Notes: generated from the sequence alone by a model not told the origin. Shown: positions 22,468 through 36,480, counted from the stretch's first letter. The stretch: DNA of 64,000 bases from Antedon mediterranea (GCF_964355755.1 NC_092671.1:17608001-17672000); one strand, 5' to 3'. Numbers and translations: made by a program.

Positions 22468-22713
22468 AAAGGTAAAGGTGAGTCCCGTGTTTATTCTGAA
22501 CGTAGGGGAATAAGCTGTTAGGAGCTCATTGTACTAAGCCTCGGCATTATGTGTTAGGGTGGCCAGTTCCTTTCCACGCCGCCTTTTTTCTCCCTATTTT
22601 CAACTAGGTACTCATTTACAGCTGAGTGGACTGGAAGTTGTCGGGAATTGAACCCGGGTCTATATGTATGACATGACAGTCAAGTGTCCTAACCACTCGG
22701 CTATCCAACTCCT
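22468..22713 (-). mobile_element. tRNA-derived SINE, apparently full length
   Basis: Minus strand has A box TAGCCGAGTGG, B box GGTTCAATTCC and a (CCTTTA)n tail. Probable TSD TAAATCGATT at 22458-22467 and 22720-22729. Confidence 0.85.
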
Positions 22714-23519
22714 AATTATTAAATCGATTTATGGAGGGAAAATTTCGAACCCAAAATAGCCTATATTGATAGTATGAATTATTGTTTTGATCACCAAAAT
22801 ATTTGTTTTAATTGTATAATTCACTCAGAAAGCTCCTCGTGATGCAAGATTTGAAATGAGTGGCATTGTGTAATGTTTACATTCTCCATCTTTGAGCGGT
22901 GTTTGGTGGTTCAGGTTCTATAGGTGCCAGTGGGCGTATAGTCACCATTTACATTTAGGCTAAAGGGAAATCTCCTAACTAAGTGAATACAATTTATGGA
23001 AAATACCTGAATATTTATTAAGTTAATATATATCTCACTTAAAAGTGTGACTGGTAATTACGACCCTGGTTACTCTTTCACTCCCAAGTGTTTCGGTTTC
23101 GTCGCATTTAACACAACAAATGTAGCCTATTTATGCGATTGAATGGAGTTGAATACCGATATCGTTGGTGTAATTGTCAATGCCCAATTAGACCTACTCA
23201 TGGGTTCATGTCCTGCAATACTATGAATCCGCTTTGTTTTTCGATTGTAGGCCCTCTTGGCCTGATTTAGCTCAATATAAATCTTTAGAGCAACTTCTGT
23301 ATGTTTTTTATATACATATTTAGGATTAATTATTGTTGCCCTATGTTGTTCTCAGTAAAGTTGGTAACGCTTTAGGCCTAACATCATACTAAATATCTAT
23401 ATTATGCACTTTGCATAGTTAATGAATTGGAAAATATTTGACCCTCATCGCCTCGTTGGAGGAACGTCAAATTGTATTACCTTATACTATATTCTATACA
23501 TTCTCATTGAAGAAGCGTT

Positions 23520-24243
23520 TGTACTTTCGCACTTTGTAATAATCGTTGCACTTTGTAATGTCTGACGCACTTTATAACGTTATAAAGTGTAAAACTTTTC
23601 GCACTTGGTAATAACTTCTGTCGCACTTTGTAATAATCGAGCTGTCGCACTTTGTAATAGGCCTAACTGCCTGTCGCACTTTGTAATAACGAAAGCTGTC
23701 GCACTTTGTAATAACTGCCTGTTGCACTTTGTAATAACGAAAGCTGTCGCACTTTGTAATAATCGTCGCACTTTGTAATATCTGTCGCACTTTGTAACCA
23801 AATTGTCACACTTATCGCACTTGGTAATAACTTCTGTCGCACTTTGTAATAATCGAGTTGTGCACTTTGTAATAACTGGCTGCCGAACTTTGTAATAACG
23901 AAAGCTGTTACACTTTGTAATAACTGCTGTCGCACTTTGTAATAACATTTTTAAACTGGTTATTTCATAAAAAACCTGCCTTATCTAACAACACGTATAC
24001 CTTACTTTAGCAGAAACACCGAACGAACGAATGGGTATTATTAAAAATACGCTAACATTAACTCGTAGTGCATATATAGCGCATCTGGGTGGTAAGCCGA
24101 GTCGCAACAATATTAGTGAAACGCGTAAATACATTGTAGCAATTTATTCACAAAGATTATTAAATAATCTATTTAAACAGGTTATTACAGTGCGAAAACA
24201 GTTTTAAAAAGTGCAACAGGTTATTACAAAGTGCGACAGTACA
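23520..24243. mobile_element. Fold-back element with TGT...ACA termini and GTCGCACTTTGTAATAA tandem repeats
   Basis: 21-bp TIR TGTACTTTCGCACTTTGTAAT / ATTACAAAGTGCGACAGTACA; array of 19-25 bp units at 23526-23945; inverted units at the right end; no TSD seen. Confidence 0.75.
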
Positions 24244-26072
24244 ACCATTCAAAACGAATAATATAAAGGTTCGTAGTTTATCATGTGAGCTTCTCATTCA
24301 TCTTGATCAGTTTAAAACTTTTTAAATGACCTCTGTTAATATGAGGGGTAACAGGTGAGAAGCCACGCGTTACAAAGCAGTACCTGTCCGAACAAAGACG
24401 ATCAATTCATTATGAGCTCCTTCATAATGTGTCTTTTATCATTCACATATTGCATTTCAATTATAAATATCCATCGCTTCCACTTAAAGCCTCAATAGTT
24501 CCGGTACATTCTTCTTCGTATATCTGATTATTATTAAATAAGGTTAGGCTTTCATTCAACTTTCAAATTTGTTAAAAAACAAAGGTCAATCAATAAAAGT
24601 GTTACTTTACGTATATATGATATTGGAAATAATATAACAGCAAGAATTGATATTTTAAAGTTAAATATCACCCTTATTAAATATGGTTAAAAAAAAAAAA
24701 TAAATAAATAATGCATGTAAGCTATGTATTGTTCAAAATGAATATTGCGCCCTCGTCGGCCAAGTTATTTTCAAACTTTTTTCTTATCTATTTCTGTTTC
24801 ATTTTCAATTTTGTTATAGTATTTTTTTCTGTTTATGTTTTCAATAAAAATGCTAGAACAACTTGGTTTCGTTTTGCTTTTGTTTTAGGGATTAACAAAA
24901 TAGTACCGGTATGGCATACCAAAAAAAGGGTTACACTGAGACTAACATACTGCTATTATTAGGAACTAGGACTAAAACATGGGAAAAAATTGATTGATAA
25001 AAAAAAATATATATATATATATATAAATATAAATATAATTCATTCTAACACTCATTGTCAATGATAATTATAATATCCGTCACGATCGCGGTTTCCGTAT
25101 TTGACATAAATGGATGCATGCTGTACAGACAAAAAAAAAACCTCGTATTCTTAAATATTCATTAAGTTTTTACGATTATAATAAGGTCAATATATATAAG
25201 GCCCTAAATACATGGTGTAAAAATGAGAATTACTTTTTCTTGAAAAACATAGTGACGTACATACAAGGAATTCCTAAATGTATTTTAATATCCATTTTAT
25301 TCCGTGTCCGTTCTCACTAAGTAGAGGCATAAAATTTGTCATGATCACGGTCCCTTGTTGGTATTAATAAGTCGTAAAACAAGAGTATAACACGAAGATT
25401 AGTGTAATTTGTGATGCAAGTCACGCAACTTAGATCCATCTAGAAAGTTGTTTATCAGACGAATGTCATATTATCTTTTTAAAATCTCGTAACATCACAT
25501 TTTGCGATGAAGATTACAATAACGTTTAACAACTGCAATGCAATGATTGTGATGATGAGATGATGATGATGATGATGAAAAAATGCTGATAAGATGAGCA
25601 GAAGATAATTTGATAATAATATGATCTAGGTGATAACATGGTTGATGTGGAGCAGGCCTCTATTCAGAAGGCCAGTCAATTCATACCGGGATTCATACAA
25701 TATATTTTGCAATACACATATTCTCCGAACTAGTATTGTGATGATAAAGACGATAATTTCAATGAACAATTATGGTACGTTTAAGATGATGGGATTACGA
25801 TTACACAAGCCGCCTCATTTAATCAGGAAAGAAAAATAGAGCTAAATGAAATTAATACTAATAGATTTAACGATTTTCGGGACAGTTCTAGTTTTAACTA
25901 CTTTGGCGCCCTCTATTTAAACAATTGTAAGAAGTTTCAGACTACATGTGTATTGCACCGTGATGTTTACTGAAGTGTCAACCAGTTGGTACTTAGCAAG
26001 TGTGTTTATGCAACTGTACTGAAATACTGTGAGAAAAGTTTGACAAGAAAAGTTTATGACATAGCCTACACG

Positions 26073-26157
26073 ATGATAATCAAGAGGCGAATATTCTGGA
26101 TTCTTTGGGTTCTTGTAATCAGCAAGTTGGGCCTAGCAATGGAAGAGGAAGAACTAA
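26073..26157 (+). CDS. Candidate first coding exon encoding a signal peptide (MIIKRRIFWILWVLVISKLGLAMEEEEL)
   Basis: ACGATG start, basic n-region (KRR), hydrophobic h-region, G-L-A cleavage-like site, then a consensus GTAAGT donor in phase 1. Confidence 0.55.
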
Positions 26158-29072
26158 GTAAGTTATTTTTATGATTTGTTTTAGCAGTGCTCCCCTACTG
26201 GGTCTGGGCCATACTGGTATGGATGACTCTCACCTGTGTAAAAAGTTTTGAAAGCTGGCTTCCTAACTTAGTAGGTAGATCAGAAACAATAACAACTGTA
26301 TTTTCAAGAGGCCTACGAGGTTCCTGAATTCCCAAGGTGGTAGGATTCTGAATTTGTAGGGTAAATATAGTAAATATGTAACAAAATGTGCTTAATTAGG
26401 CATGGCATAGTATCTGTACTCTATCCAGGCCCCAGACAGGGAGCCAGGTGGTTTAGCTGGCTCGTACCTAAAGTAACAATAAAACCAGTGCAGTGAGTGC
26501 ATGACAACTTGGTATCTATCAGCGAACTTGTTCTGTGTTCTCCCTCAGGCCGTAAACTGTTCAAAATAATCATTATCATTATCATTATTAGTAGTCATTT
26601 CGTAATGAGGGTAATTAACAACATATCTAGACAGTATCTCTGTTAATTGGCTTTATACGTTACACCTTTTATAACACACTATATTGGTATTTAATTTGTA
26701 AAATATACAACTGCATTTTGTTTACAGTTATTCAACTTCAACAGGAATTACATTTGGTTTTCAAGTTTATTTTTGAATCCTCTTCAGCAGCATAATTGTG
26801 TTTTGTAGCTTACGAGTGCTAATAACACGACACACAATTGTGTAAAACAACTGAAGCTGTTCTCATGCAATCCTACTTATTAATTATTGTTAATAAGAAT
26901 TTGATTGACACTTGGCAGCTCGTCCTAATTAGTAATTGCCAATATTAAATTCCAATATTTCTAATTATTTTTATTCCATCATATTTAGTATAAATTCCAT
27001 TAGGATTTTTTTTTTCAATTTTTTTAGCTTTACTTAATAATTGTATTTAGTATTGCCCATGTAAATTTAAAAAAAAAAAGCTGAAAAATATTTATTCAGT
27101 CCATTTTAATTGGTGCAAATGAATGAAGTATACTTCATTAATTTTGCTCTTAATTCTAAAATTGACTTCAGTTAATGAAAAGCTTTTAAGTTAGTTGAAG
27201 GGAACCATGGATAAAGAAACCCATACAGTGAGGTCTATAGCTAGAAGGCTTTTACAACAAGTCATACACGTAATAATAAAACTTTTTTTTGTGTAGAAAG
27301 TTTGACTAATTATTTGTTTGTATAGCTTTTTACTCCTTATTGTATACATTTTCTTACAAGTGATTTTTATTGTTCAATTAGTGATTTCTACCATCTTACT
27401 GGTGCTTTATATTGTCTTCCCGAGTCAACTGGTATAGCCAAGTGAGACGACGTGATTAATTTGTTCTATGACCAATTGTTATTTATGTTATTTTTGCGTT
27501 ATACTGTAATGCATGAGTTGGTCTTTGAATAGGTGGTGGGTTCTCTTCTCTGTGTGATATGACCCATTACTTGATTTCGTCGCCACAAAAACCTGTTGAT
27601 ATTTGTCAACATGTAATCGATCGCATTCCAACTTTATTGAAATGTTTCAATTTAAGTTTCTTATCTAGTTTGCTTTTAAATAATTAAATCTGTACAATCG
27701 TTGACGATTAGTAAATTGTAAAGGTATACAATTTACAAGTTACAGAATCTCTGTTTTCCTTGAGCAAATAATATACAGTAGAACTCCTGTTAAAGGGAAA
27801 ATTTCGGAACCCAAGAAAGTTAGATGAATTATTATAGGCCTACATAAATTCAGAAATAGGATTAATGTTAAATGACTGATTAGGCCTACATTAAATGGTA
27901 TTTCTAAAATTTTAATAAAAACGAGTATTCATTGTTAAGAATGAATGAATGATTGACAATGTTAGCATTTAATTTGACCTACATCATCTGATTAATTATG
28001 AATATTAATTAGGTTAAGAGGGTACTGGATCTCATTAAAGTCCTCGAGGGAGATAGTAATTTGTTATGCTACTGTAATCTGGTGCTAAATTAAAGGAATA
28101 TTAAGAAATTCATTATTCTGTGAATATCATTTAAATCAACTCTCATCATATAAGGCACAGAAAGATTTGATTTCAGTTTAACTGGAACTGTTCATCAAAA
28201 AATTTTAACAAAAAAATAAAATATTTTGGTTTTTCCAATTTTTACTTGCGATTTCAAACCACAACCTTTGTAGTAGAATGTTACAAGAACACGATTTTTA
28301 ACATGATATGCACGTCAAGATTCATATATCGTGATCCATATTACTGAAGAGGAAGATTTTTGAAATACGACCTGTGGACTTTGCCCAAGTCATCTTCGTG
28401 TGCATCGTAGCTTCACAGCTTGAATCTTGTTCAACTAAATGAATACCCTGAATCTACAGGTTTCGATGACATGTATTCAAGAGAAAGACCGTCATGCGTT
28501 TGTACTGAGTCTTGGTTGGTTAACCTATGTATAATGGAATGTTCAAGTATCTAAAAGAGTAGTTGAATAAAACTGATTTTATAATTTGATTTGACCTTTT
28601 TTGAACCACCTATTTATGGGATACCCCAATTAAAAGGACACTTTCACGAAAGTGAAAATATGTTTTTACACATTGGCCTCTCTTTAGGAGGAACTCCTTT
28701 CAAGGGGACAATTTCCCGAAGATGTCTATTTATTTACAAGTTTTCTACAGTATTGTATTTGACATTAGGTTTATGAAAATTTAATTTATTTATGTTATGT
28801 ATAGGCTATTGCTGAAAAATAAACATTGTGACTGCAATAGTAGCGTATCAATGCAATTGTTATACTAATATTTTTTTCACTTTTGTTTAAAATTCTTCAG
28901 CACCAAATTCATTTATTACTTATTTCAGACATAATTCATTTCAAATAAAACAATTTGTATTATTTTATTATAAAAAGTAAAATTAAGGAAAAAACCAGAT
29001 CAAATGTTGACAAAGTAATAAATAATAGTACAATAACAACTATATAATTAAACTAAAAAATAAAGTAAAATA

Positions 29073-29720
29073 GATAGATAGATAGAAATCTTTCTTTATT
29101 CTGGATATTCATTCAATATTTGTACATTGTTCTTCCTTGAAGTCCAGTTAACACTTACAAATTACAAATATAAACAATAAAAATGGAAAATTATGAAAAC
29201 GTTTTTAAAGACTACAATATCACCAGAAGCAAGAGAAAAAAACCAGTTAGATCAAATTTTTAAACAACAACCCAACAGAATTATATTAGAACTGTTACGA
29301 AGCTATGAAGAAAGCGTAAACATGTTTTGAATTTAGAATACATTGGTACCTTAAATTGTATCAATATAAATATTAATTTTATTTGATTGATAACTGAATT
29401 TAAAATCCTTTTAAATCTTTTATTCATTTAGTTTGAAGGGTTTTTTGTGTTTGTTTTTGAGTAAATCTCAACATCCTATCATTACTGTAAACCGGATTTA
29501 CTTTGTATAAATTGTAATTAAGGGTAAATCTACTTATATAAGAATGATCAACAAATAGCCATTAATGATTATCATACTAAAGCACACAGGAGCCAGTAAA
29601 TCTCTTTCATCATTGTGCTTAATGGGGTTTTCTGTTTGTTTCAAATTGAGGTACAAAATTATTTTAAAGGATCAATTATTATTCATTATTATTTGAATGT
29701 AACAACATTAATGGTATAAT
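29073..29720 (-). mobile_element. Highly eroded LINE (CR1/L2-like) 3' portion
   Basis: (GATA)n plus TTTATT tail and an A-rich body typical of antisense LINE ends; no intact ORF. Confidence 0.35.
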
Positions 29721-31378
29721 GTTAAACACGGATTAATACTACCAACATTACTAGATCAGATGTTATTTAAAGGTTTTATTCTAATAAATGAACCATCTGA
29801 CCAATTAAAACAGCTCTTGACACAAAGTTACTACACAGTTATTTTTTTTTTACCAAATTAAATTATGTTTAGCAATTTTATTTATCTCTATCTAATCTAC
29901 CTATCTTGCTGTAAAAAACACAATTCAATGAAATATTCGGTGAAAATTATTAGCTGAAAAAGAGAAAGAGGCTTATTGCAATATATTAAACCTTAAACTT
30001 CAAGACAGTGACACTAAATCTCATAAATATACTGCTCATCCAGAAGTTAACTGTTTGGAAGATTGTTAAATTGATTATCTGTTGATAATAAATATGTTTA
30101 TTATTTTAGACAGAGCTCCATGGGAAAGATTTGAAGATTCACCGTTAAATCTTAACATCTGATAGAATGATATTAACATGTGCAATGACATAAACATGGC
30201 AAGTGACCCACAAACATCGGGACTTTGTGTGGTCAAATCGTGTTAAATCAATAAATACACAGGTGACCAGTTATGACCAATTATGCTACGGTCAGACGTT
30301 TCACGATTATAATGATACATATTTTAGTGGTTATGTTTTTCCAAACAATTACTTGATGTGAACTAGCTTGTATGTGCTGCACCATATTTCAGTGTATACA
30401 GGTCACTTAGTTTAGAAGTATAAGTTCATTGTGTTCTTTATTCAATACAAATCTCAGCTTTAAGTTTATATCTGATTGCTTTGGCATTGTGCATATAAAT
30501 ATTGATAGACATTATATTTGATTGATGGATGTTTTTTATGGTGGAAAACTTAATTCTGTTTGAACCTTTAAGTTGCCCTAATTTATGGCCCTTTAGTATA
30601 GGGATAAATTTATCAACTTGTAAAGGTTTATGTAAAGATTCATTTCCTCTTTCATTTGATTTATTTTATTTCATCAGGAAATAAGATGTATGCTTACAAA
30701 GAAGAAATATTGCTATATAACAAAACAAAACAAAAAGTTTAAAATCCAAAAGCGAAATGAATCACATGTCAAGTGGCTCACCAAAATGGAAATTGAAAAA
30801 GTGTTATACCATTATAATTAAAATACATTTTTGGTTTTTAATTCATTAGGAGTTAGAAATCGAAAACGTAGTCCTAATTCATTCAATTTTCTCACCTCTG
30901 CTATTTAGTTTGACATTCACTTAAAATTTATCTGTGACTTTAATTTTTCCATGTGAAATATAAAGTTTATTCATTTAATCACAATTACAATACATTTGAA
31001 AATATTTTCTACTGACTTCCTATTATATTAATATTAATATATTATTTATGATATATTGTAAAATAAGTAATTGAAATGACCTAGAACTGACTGTATAAAC
31101 AATTTATGAAAACTGGAGTAGAAATAATTAAATTTAACAATTAATAACAGATATTTTAAGAGCATTTTATTCATGAGTTACTGTTATCATAATGATAATC
31201 TGATCAGTTTACATTAATTATAAGTTTAATTACCGTTATTATAATTTCAGTTATAAATAGTTAGGTGGGATTAATTCCACAACATAGATGCTCTTGTTGA
31301 TAAGATAATCTCTCTGAGATGGTTACTAAAATATCTGAAACTAACATAAGGATCGAATATTACCAATATAGTACCTCT

Positions 31379-31827
31379 CATTTGGGACACCCCTATTAAG
31401 GGTACATTCCTATTCAGGAGACAACCCCTATTCATTTGGGACACCCCTATTAAGGGTACATTCCTATTCAGGAGACAACCCCTATTCATTTGGGACACCC
31501 CTATTAAAGGTACATTCCTATTCAGGAGACAACCCCTATTCATTTGGGACACCCCTATTAAAGGTACATTCCTATTCAGGAGACAACCCCTATTCATTTG
31601 GGACACCCCTATTAAAGGTACATTCCTATTCAGGAGACAACCCCTATTCATTTGGGACACCCCTATTAAAGGTACATTCCTATTCAGGAGACAACCCCTA
31701 TTCATTTGGGACACCCCTATTAAAGGTACATTCCTATTCAGGAGACAACCCCTATTCATTTGGGACACCCCTATTAAAGGTACATTCCTATTCAGGAGAC
31801 AACCCCTATTCATTTGGGACACCCCTA
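31379..31827. repeat. 54-bp minisatellite, 8 full units plus a partial unit
   Basis: CATTTGGGACACCCC recurs every 54 bp from 31379 to 31811; units are almost identical. Confidence 0.97.
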
Positions 31828-32096
31828 AGGGGAAAAGTTGTAAAATCAAGGCAACAGACATAGTATTTTACACACAACAGCATAGATTCGGAAAGTACAA
31901 TTCTATATACCAACCACTCATCAAAGACAATGTTAAGCATCGCCATAGGAGAGTCGGTAAATGTAAATATATAATGTCAACAGAATAAATTAAGTTAACA
32001 CATCGCTTTTAATTATGTGACTTTTCTTCGTGCAAATGTATTGTTACGTTGCCTTTGTAAAAAGTCCTGAACTGAGCCTAATGTCTTATCTTTTTA

Positions 32097-32330
32097 GTAG
32101 TGGAGCTGTAGCTTGGTGGTTAATCATGCTTGCCTTCCAATCCCAAGGTCCGGAGTTACAATTCTTTCAACTCCACTCCCTCAAATGAGACTTAGTTTAT
32201 AAGCACGATAAATTATTAAATAGTTTATCCCTCCTGTAAGTGGAGATTTACTCACTGTTAGATGTGTATGAAATATACACCCCTGTTCCCCTACAGTGAT
32301 TTTTGTCACTCGGCACCCTACATTCTGTTG
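32097..32330 (+). mobile_element. tRNA-derived SINE (GTGGAGCTGTAGCTTGGTGGTTA family)
   Basis: A box TAGCTTGGTGG and degenerate B box; homologues at 35586 (+) and 52360-52572 (-). Confidence 0.7.
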
Positions 32331-32484
32331 TAGATATATTGGAAGTGTCTATTGTTAATTTCTATTGGTTAATTCTGGTTTAACTTGTGCACTTTCCATA
32401 GAGAAACATATCTGTGATTTACATTCAGACTAGGTCCAGTTACTTATTTACGGATTGCATTATCCTAATAAAAGATATTACAAG

Positions 32485-33336
32485 AAATTGTATCTGCAAC
32501 GTGTTAACAACCTAACATCTAATAGACATCAGTTGCAAAGAAATAAATTGTATCTGCAATGTGTTAACAACCTAACATCTAATAGACATCAGTTGCAAAG
32601 AAATAAATTGTATCTGCAACGTGTTAACAACCTAACATCTAATAGACATCAGTTGCAAAGAAATAAATTGTATCTGCAATGTGTTAACAACCTAACATCT
32701 AATAGACATCAGTTGCAAAGAAATAAATTGTATCTGCAATGTGTTAACAACCTAACATCTAATAGACATCAGTTGCAAAGAAATAAATTGTATCTGCAAT
32801 GTGTTAACAACCTAACATCTAATAGACATCAGTTGCAAAGAAATAAATTGTATCTGCAATGTGTTAACAGCCTAACATCTAATAGACATCAGTTGCAAAG
32901 AAATAAATTGTATCTGCAATGTGTTAACAACCTAACATCTAATAGACATCAGTTGCAAAGAAATAAATTGTATCTGCAATGTGTTAACAACCTAACATCT
33001 AATAGACATCAGTTGCAAAGAAATAAATTGTATCTGCAATGTGTTAACAGCCTAACATCTAATAGACATCAGTTGCAAAGAAATAAATTGTATTTGCAAC
33101 GTGTTAACAACCTAACATCTAATAGACATCAGTTGCAAAGAAATAAATTGTATCTGCAACGTGTTAACAACCTAACATCTAATAGACATCAGTTGCAAAG
33201 AAATAAATTGTATCTGCAACGTGTTAACAGCCTAACATCTAATAGACATCAGTTGCAAAGAAATAAATTGTATCTGCAACGTGTTAACAACCTAACATCT
33301 AATAGACATCAGTTGCAAAGAAATAAATTGTATCTG
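32485..33336. repeat. 60-bp minisatellite, about 14 units
   Basis: Unit AAATTGTATCTGCAAYGTGTTAACARCCTAACATCTAATAGACATCAGTTGCAAAGAAAT, visible as near-identical 60-nt lines. Confidence 0.98.
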
Positions 33337-34113
33337 ACTGCATATATACTGAAATCGATTAGAAAAACGTTTTTTGAATATATCATTCTGACTCTGATTT
33401 TACTGTATAAAAAAAGTTAAAATGAATTTCACAGTCTATTCTTCACTTTGTTAAAGAAAATGAATGAGATCCCTTGTTTTTAATCAATAGTTTAAAGTTT
33501 CACAAAGTACTGTTCACTTTGTATCAAATGATTAATTATACACATTTTGACATGTTCATTCAATATTCCAACTGGTGTTTATAGTGCGGTACGTGTAAAG
33601 CAACACCATAATGTTCTAATTACTTAGTTTATCATACTGCATCTTGTGTTGATTGGCAAATTAAATTGTTACTTGGTTTTTCATATGCTTTTCTAGGTTG
33701 TATTGTAAGTGCGATGTATTACTATAGGTGATTTGTATAAGAATAAATGTTCTGAAAAAAATGTTAAAATACTGTCAATGAATGTTTTCCTGAAAAAAGG
33801 TCTATTGTAAAAAAGGAAATGAGGTTTTGCATTGTTTTTTGCACTACTTTTTACCAATTTGTCAAGATTGGTGAAATATGCCTGATGCCTAACCATCGTT
33901 AAAATGACAAAAGAGAATATAACATTAGTGGGACGTCATTGTCTTGTTTGTTTATATTTTGTACATGCTACACAAGTATTACATTTGATTATGTATTTCC
34001 GATCTTAACTTTAACGATAGGTCTGCAATGCTTGCTGTTTTGTTGATGATAAGATATTTATGTGAATAGCTTGTTTCCTACTATTAGGTACAGTAGGTAA
34101 GAAGAAAGTGCAA

Positions 34114-34409
34114 ATAGTGTACTTTAATATGAACCAAGTAGTATGAGCATAGGCTGAAGATAGTGTATCTTAATGTTATTCAAGTAGTGTGAGCATAAGT
34201 ATACTTTAATGTGAAAAAAGTAATATGAGCATAGGCTCAAGATGTACTTTAATGTGAACCAAGTAGTATGAGCATATTCTCAATATAGTGTACTTTAATG
34301 TGATTCAAGTAGTGTGAGTATATAGGCTCAAGATGTACTTTAATGTGAACCAAGGAAGTAGTATGAGCATAGGCTGACAATACTGTAGGCCTACTTAATG
34401 TGAACCAAG
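34114..34409. repeat. Degenerate minisatellite of about 40-46 bp, about 7 units
   Basis: Recurring GTACTTTAATGTGAACCAAGTAGTATGAGCATAGGCT. Confidence 0.85.
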
Positions 34410-35585
34410 GCATAAAACAGAAAACTAAACTTTTTGTTTTTCGTTTTCAACACATGCATCTTATTTAGATAGTCTTAAGTTTATTCATGGATAAAATATA
34501 CTAGTAAACATAGTTTAATTTTAGTTGTATAAATGGTTCTGTAAGTTGTTCATATGGATAATACATCTGTAAGCCATTTTAAAGGTACTGTTACATTGTC
34601 TGTTGTTGCTCATCTTAAGGTCAACATGGTCTCAGTAAAGCACTTGTCCTGTGGTTCTGTTAATCGCATTTTAATGAGAAAATTGTCTGTCTTCAATTAT
34701 CCAATTTACACAAAGATTTAAGAAATAATATCAAGATTGTGTATTGTACTTAAAGCAGGCATAATCCATTCAGCAGTTAAAAGCAAAGGCTGAAATGCGT
34801 ACAATTTAAAAAAAAAAGATTTAAAAAATCAATATTATAAAATGGATTTATTAATACAATTAACAATCTCCCTCATTTTGGACATCCCCTATTTAAGGGA
34901 ATTCTCATTAAGACTAGGAGACTTTTCCATGAAACAAATAAAATAAGATGTTGTAATATTATGGCCTATTCAGGAGACACTATATAAAGGGGCACTTTAT
35001 TAAGTGGAAACTTTATTGGATCCAGTGAAATTTAAATATTAACAGTTATAAACTTATTTTCTCATAATTTGAAATACCCCAGCTGAAACAAATTCAGAAA
35101 AAAATATGGAAAAAAATATGTTAAAATATGATTAAATAAAAATTGTCTAGCTAGTCACAGTACAGCCTAATCATGTTTAAAGGCACATATTACAATACCA
35201 AAATATAAACACAGATTCATGACTAATTTTTCTTATAAAAAACATGTATATTTCAATAAACAGTGTATAAATCTTTCTGTACAATTTCCATAAAGTCCAA
35301 GGATAATGGTTTGATATATATATTATTTATTCAGAACAAAAAAAGACCTTTTTGAAATCTTTATTCAAGGCCTGTGCTATTGAAAGCTGATGAACAGTTG
35401 AATGAAATATGAATGAATAGGACCTGAATAAATGAACACAAATCCTGTGGTTTAGAACTTTTATTTAATTTACAAAGCATGTGGTGTTAAGAGTAGATAT
35501 TGCGATGTAGCAGCACAACCATCCTGTTTCCGCATACAGTAGGATTATTAAAAAAAACTTTAATAGGACCTATAAATGAAGTGAA

Positions 35586-36480
35586 GTAGTGGAGCTGTAG
35601 TTTGGTGGTTAACATGCTTACCCTCCAATCCCAAGGTCCAGGGTTCAATCCAGACCTAGGTCGTGTTTATACAACACCCTAAATTTGAACACGGCTTTAA
35701 TTTTTAGCGTGTTGTTCGGACCGAGGTCAACCCACCTTAACGTTTGCTGTTATACTAGAAATCACGATACCGTGTTATACCGGAAGTTTCATCAACACGC
35801 AGTGCATGCTAGGATAAAAGGTCAAATCGTTGATCGCGCTTGAATTGGCTGAGTTGTCAACAATCATCGTCGCCTCCTCGCTGTCCGATGTATTCGCGCG
35901 GTTTTTACCATTTTCATTATAATTGTATTCGTTCATGTTTGCATTGTTGTTTATTTTGTTCTCGGTTCATTTAAATTAATAAAAGTTATTTTAAGGGTTT
36001 CATTGTTTCATCTATACACTATGGAAGAAGATGCCATTTTTGCGATGTTATTTTTTTTATTCTGTTTGGAGTTGGAAACGATAGAGGCCTACTACCACTA
36101 CGAGTTGGCCCCACTAGGCTAGGCGTAAGACGTGGTAGGAGGATGATTGCTGGCAGCGAAGCAGCAATAAATGGGCCCAATCTTGTTAGCAATGATTGAT
36201 ATTACGACCTGTTTTAACGAGAGGTCAAAATATACCCTGAGGACACTTCCAACACGGTAACGGCGACCGGGAATCCACCAAATTTTAGGATTCAGCCAAG
36301 TAGCCTTTTTTGCAATTAAAATCTCATTACACAGAATCTCTTTGTTGTTATACAACACACTTTTCGTAGGCGTGTAGAATATGCGTGTAATAGCGTGTTG
36401 TATAAACGCGCCCCTAGAGCCAGGGTTGTAACTCACGACTCTTTCAAGTCAACTTCCTATATTGCCTCAAATGAGACTTT
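35586..36480 (+). mobile_element. SINE (same family as 32097) interrupted by a DNA transposon
   Basis: Head 35586-35655 with B box GGTTCAATCC; body resumes after 36416 (CCTCAAATGAGACTT as at 32179). Confidence 0.7.
35659..36413 (+). mobile_element. 755-bp non-autonomous PIF/Harbinger-like transposon, copy 1
   Basis: TIR GGTCGTGTTTATACAACAC / GTGTTGTATAAACGCGCCC; 3-bp TSD CTA. Confidence 0.85.

Noticed and set aside
22640-22712. tRNA gene
   Set aside because: A and B boxes present but no cloverleaf; continues into a SINE body with tail and TSD. The same applies to the heads at 32097, 35586, 37886 and 52500.
23572-23948. Three overlapping LLQSAT/ITKCD/YYKVR ORFs
   Set aside because: Translations of the tandem repeat in three frames.
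24745-25915. CTCF-like GCGCCCTC motifs at about 24747 and 25905
   Set aside because: Only partial matches with wrong spacing or a missing half; not supportable without ChIP or PWM scoring.
28230-28530. Coding-like composition on the minus strand
   Set aside because: Stops in all frames and no recognisable motif; could be decayed coding or TE sequence, BLASTx needed.
31271-31861. 196-aa repetitive ORF
   Set aside because: By-product of a 54-bp (multiple of 3) minisatellite derived from a MITE.
32455-33420. 321-aa repetitive ORF as a gene
   Set aside because: Lies almost entirely within a 60-bp array, non-ATG start, no domain.
35386-35412. Other CTGANGA...GAAA hits (also 28343, 37259)
   Set aside because: No credible stem II or cleavage-site geometry, so not hammerheads.
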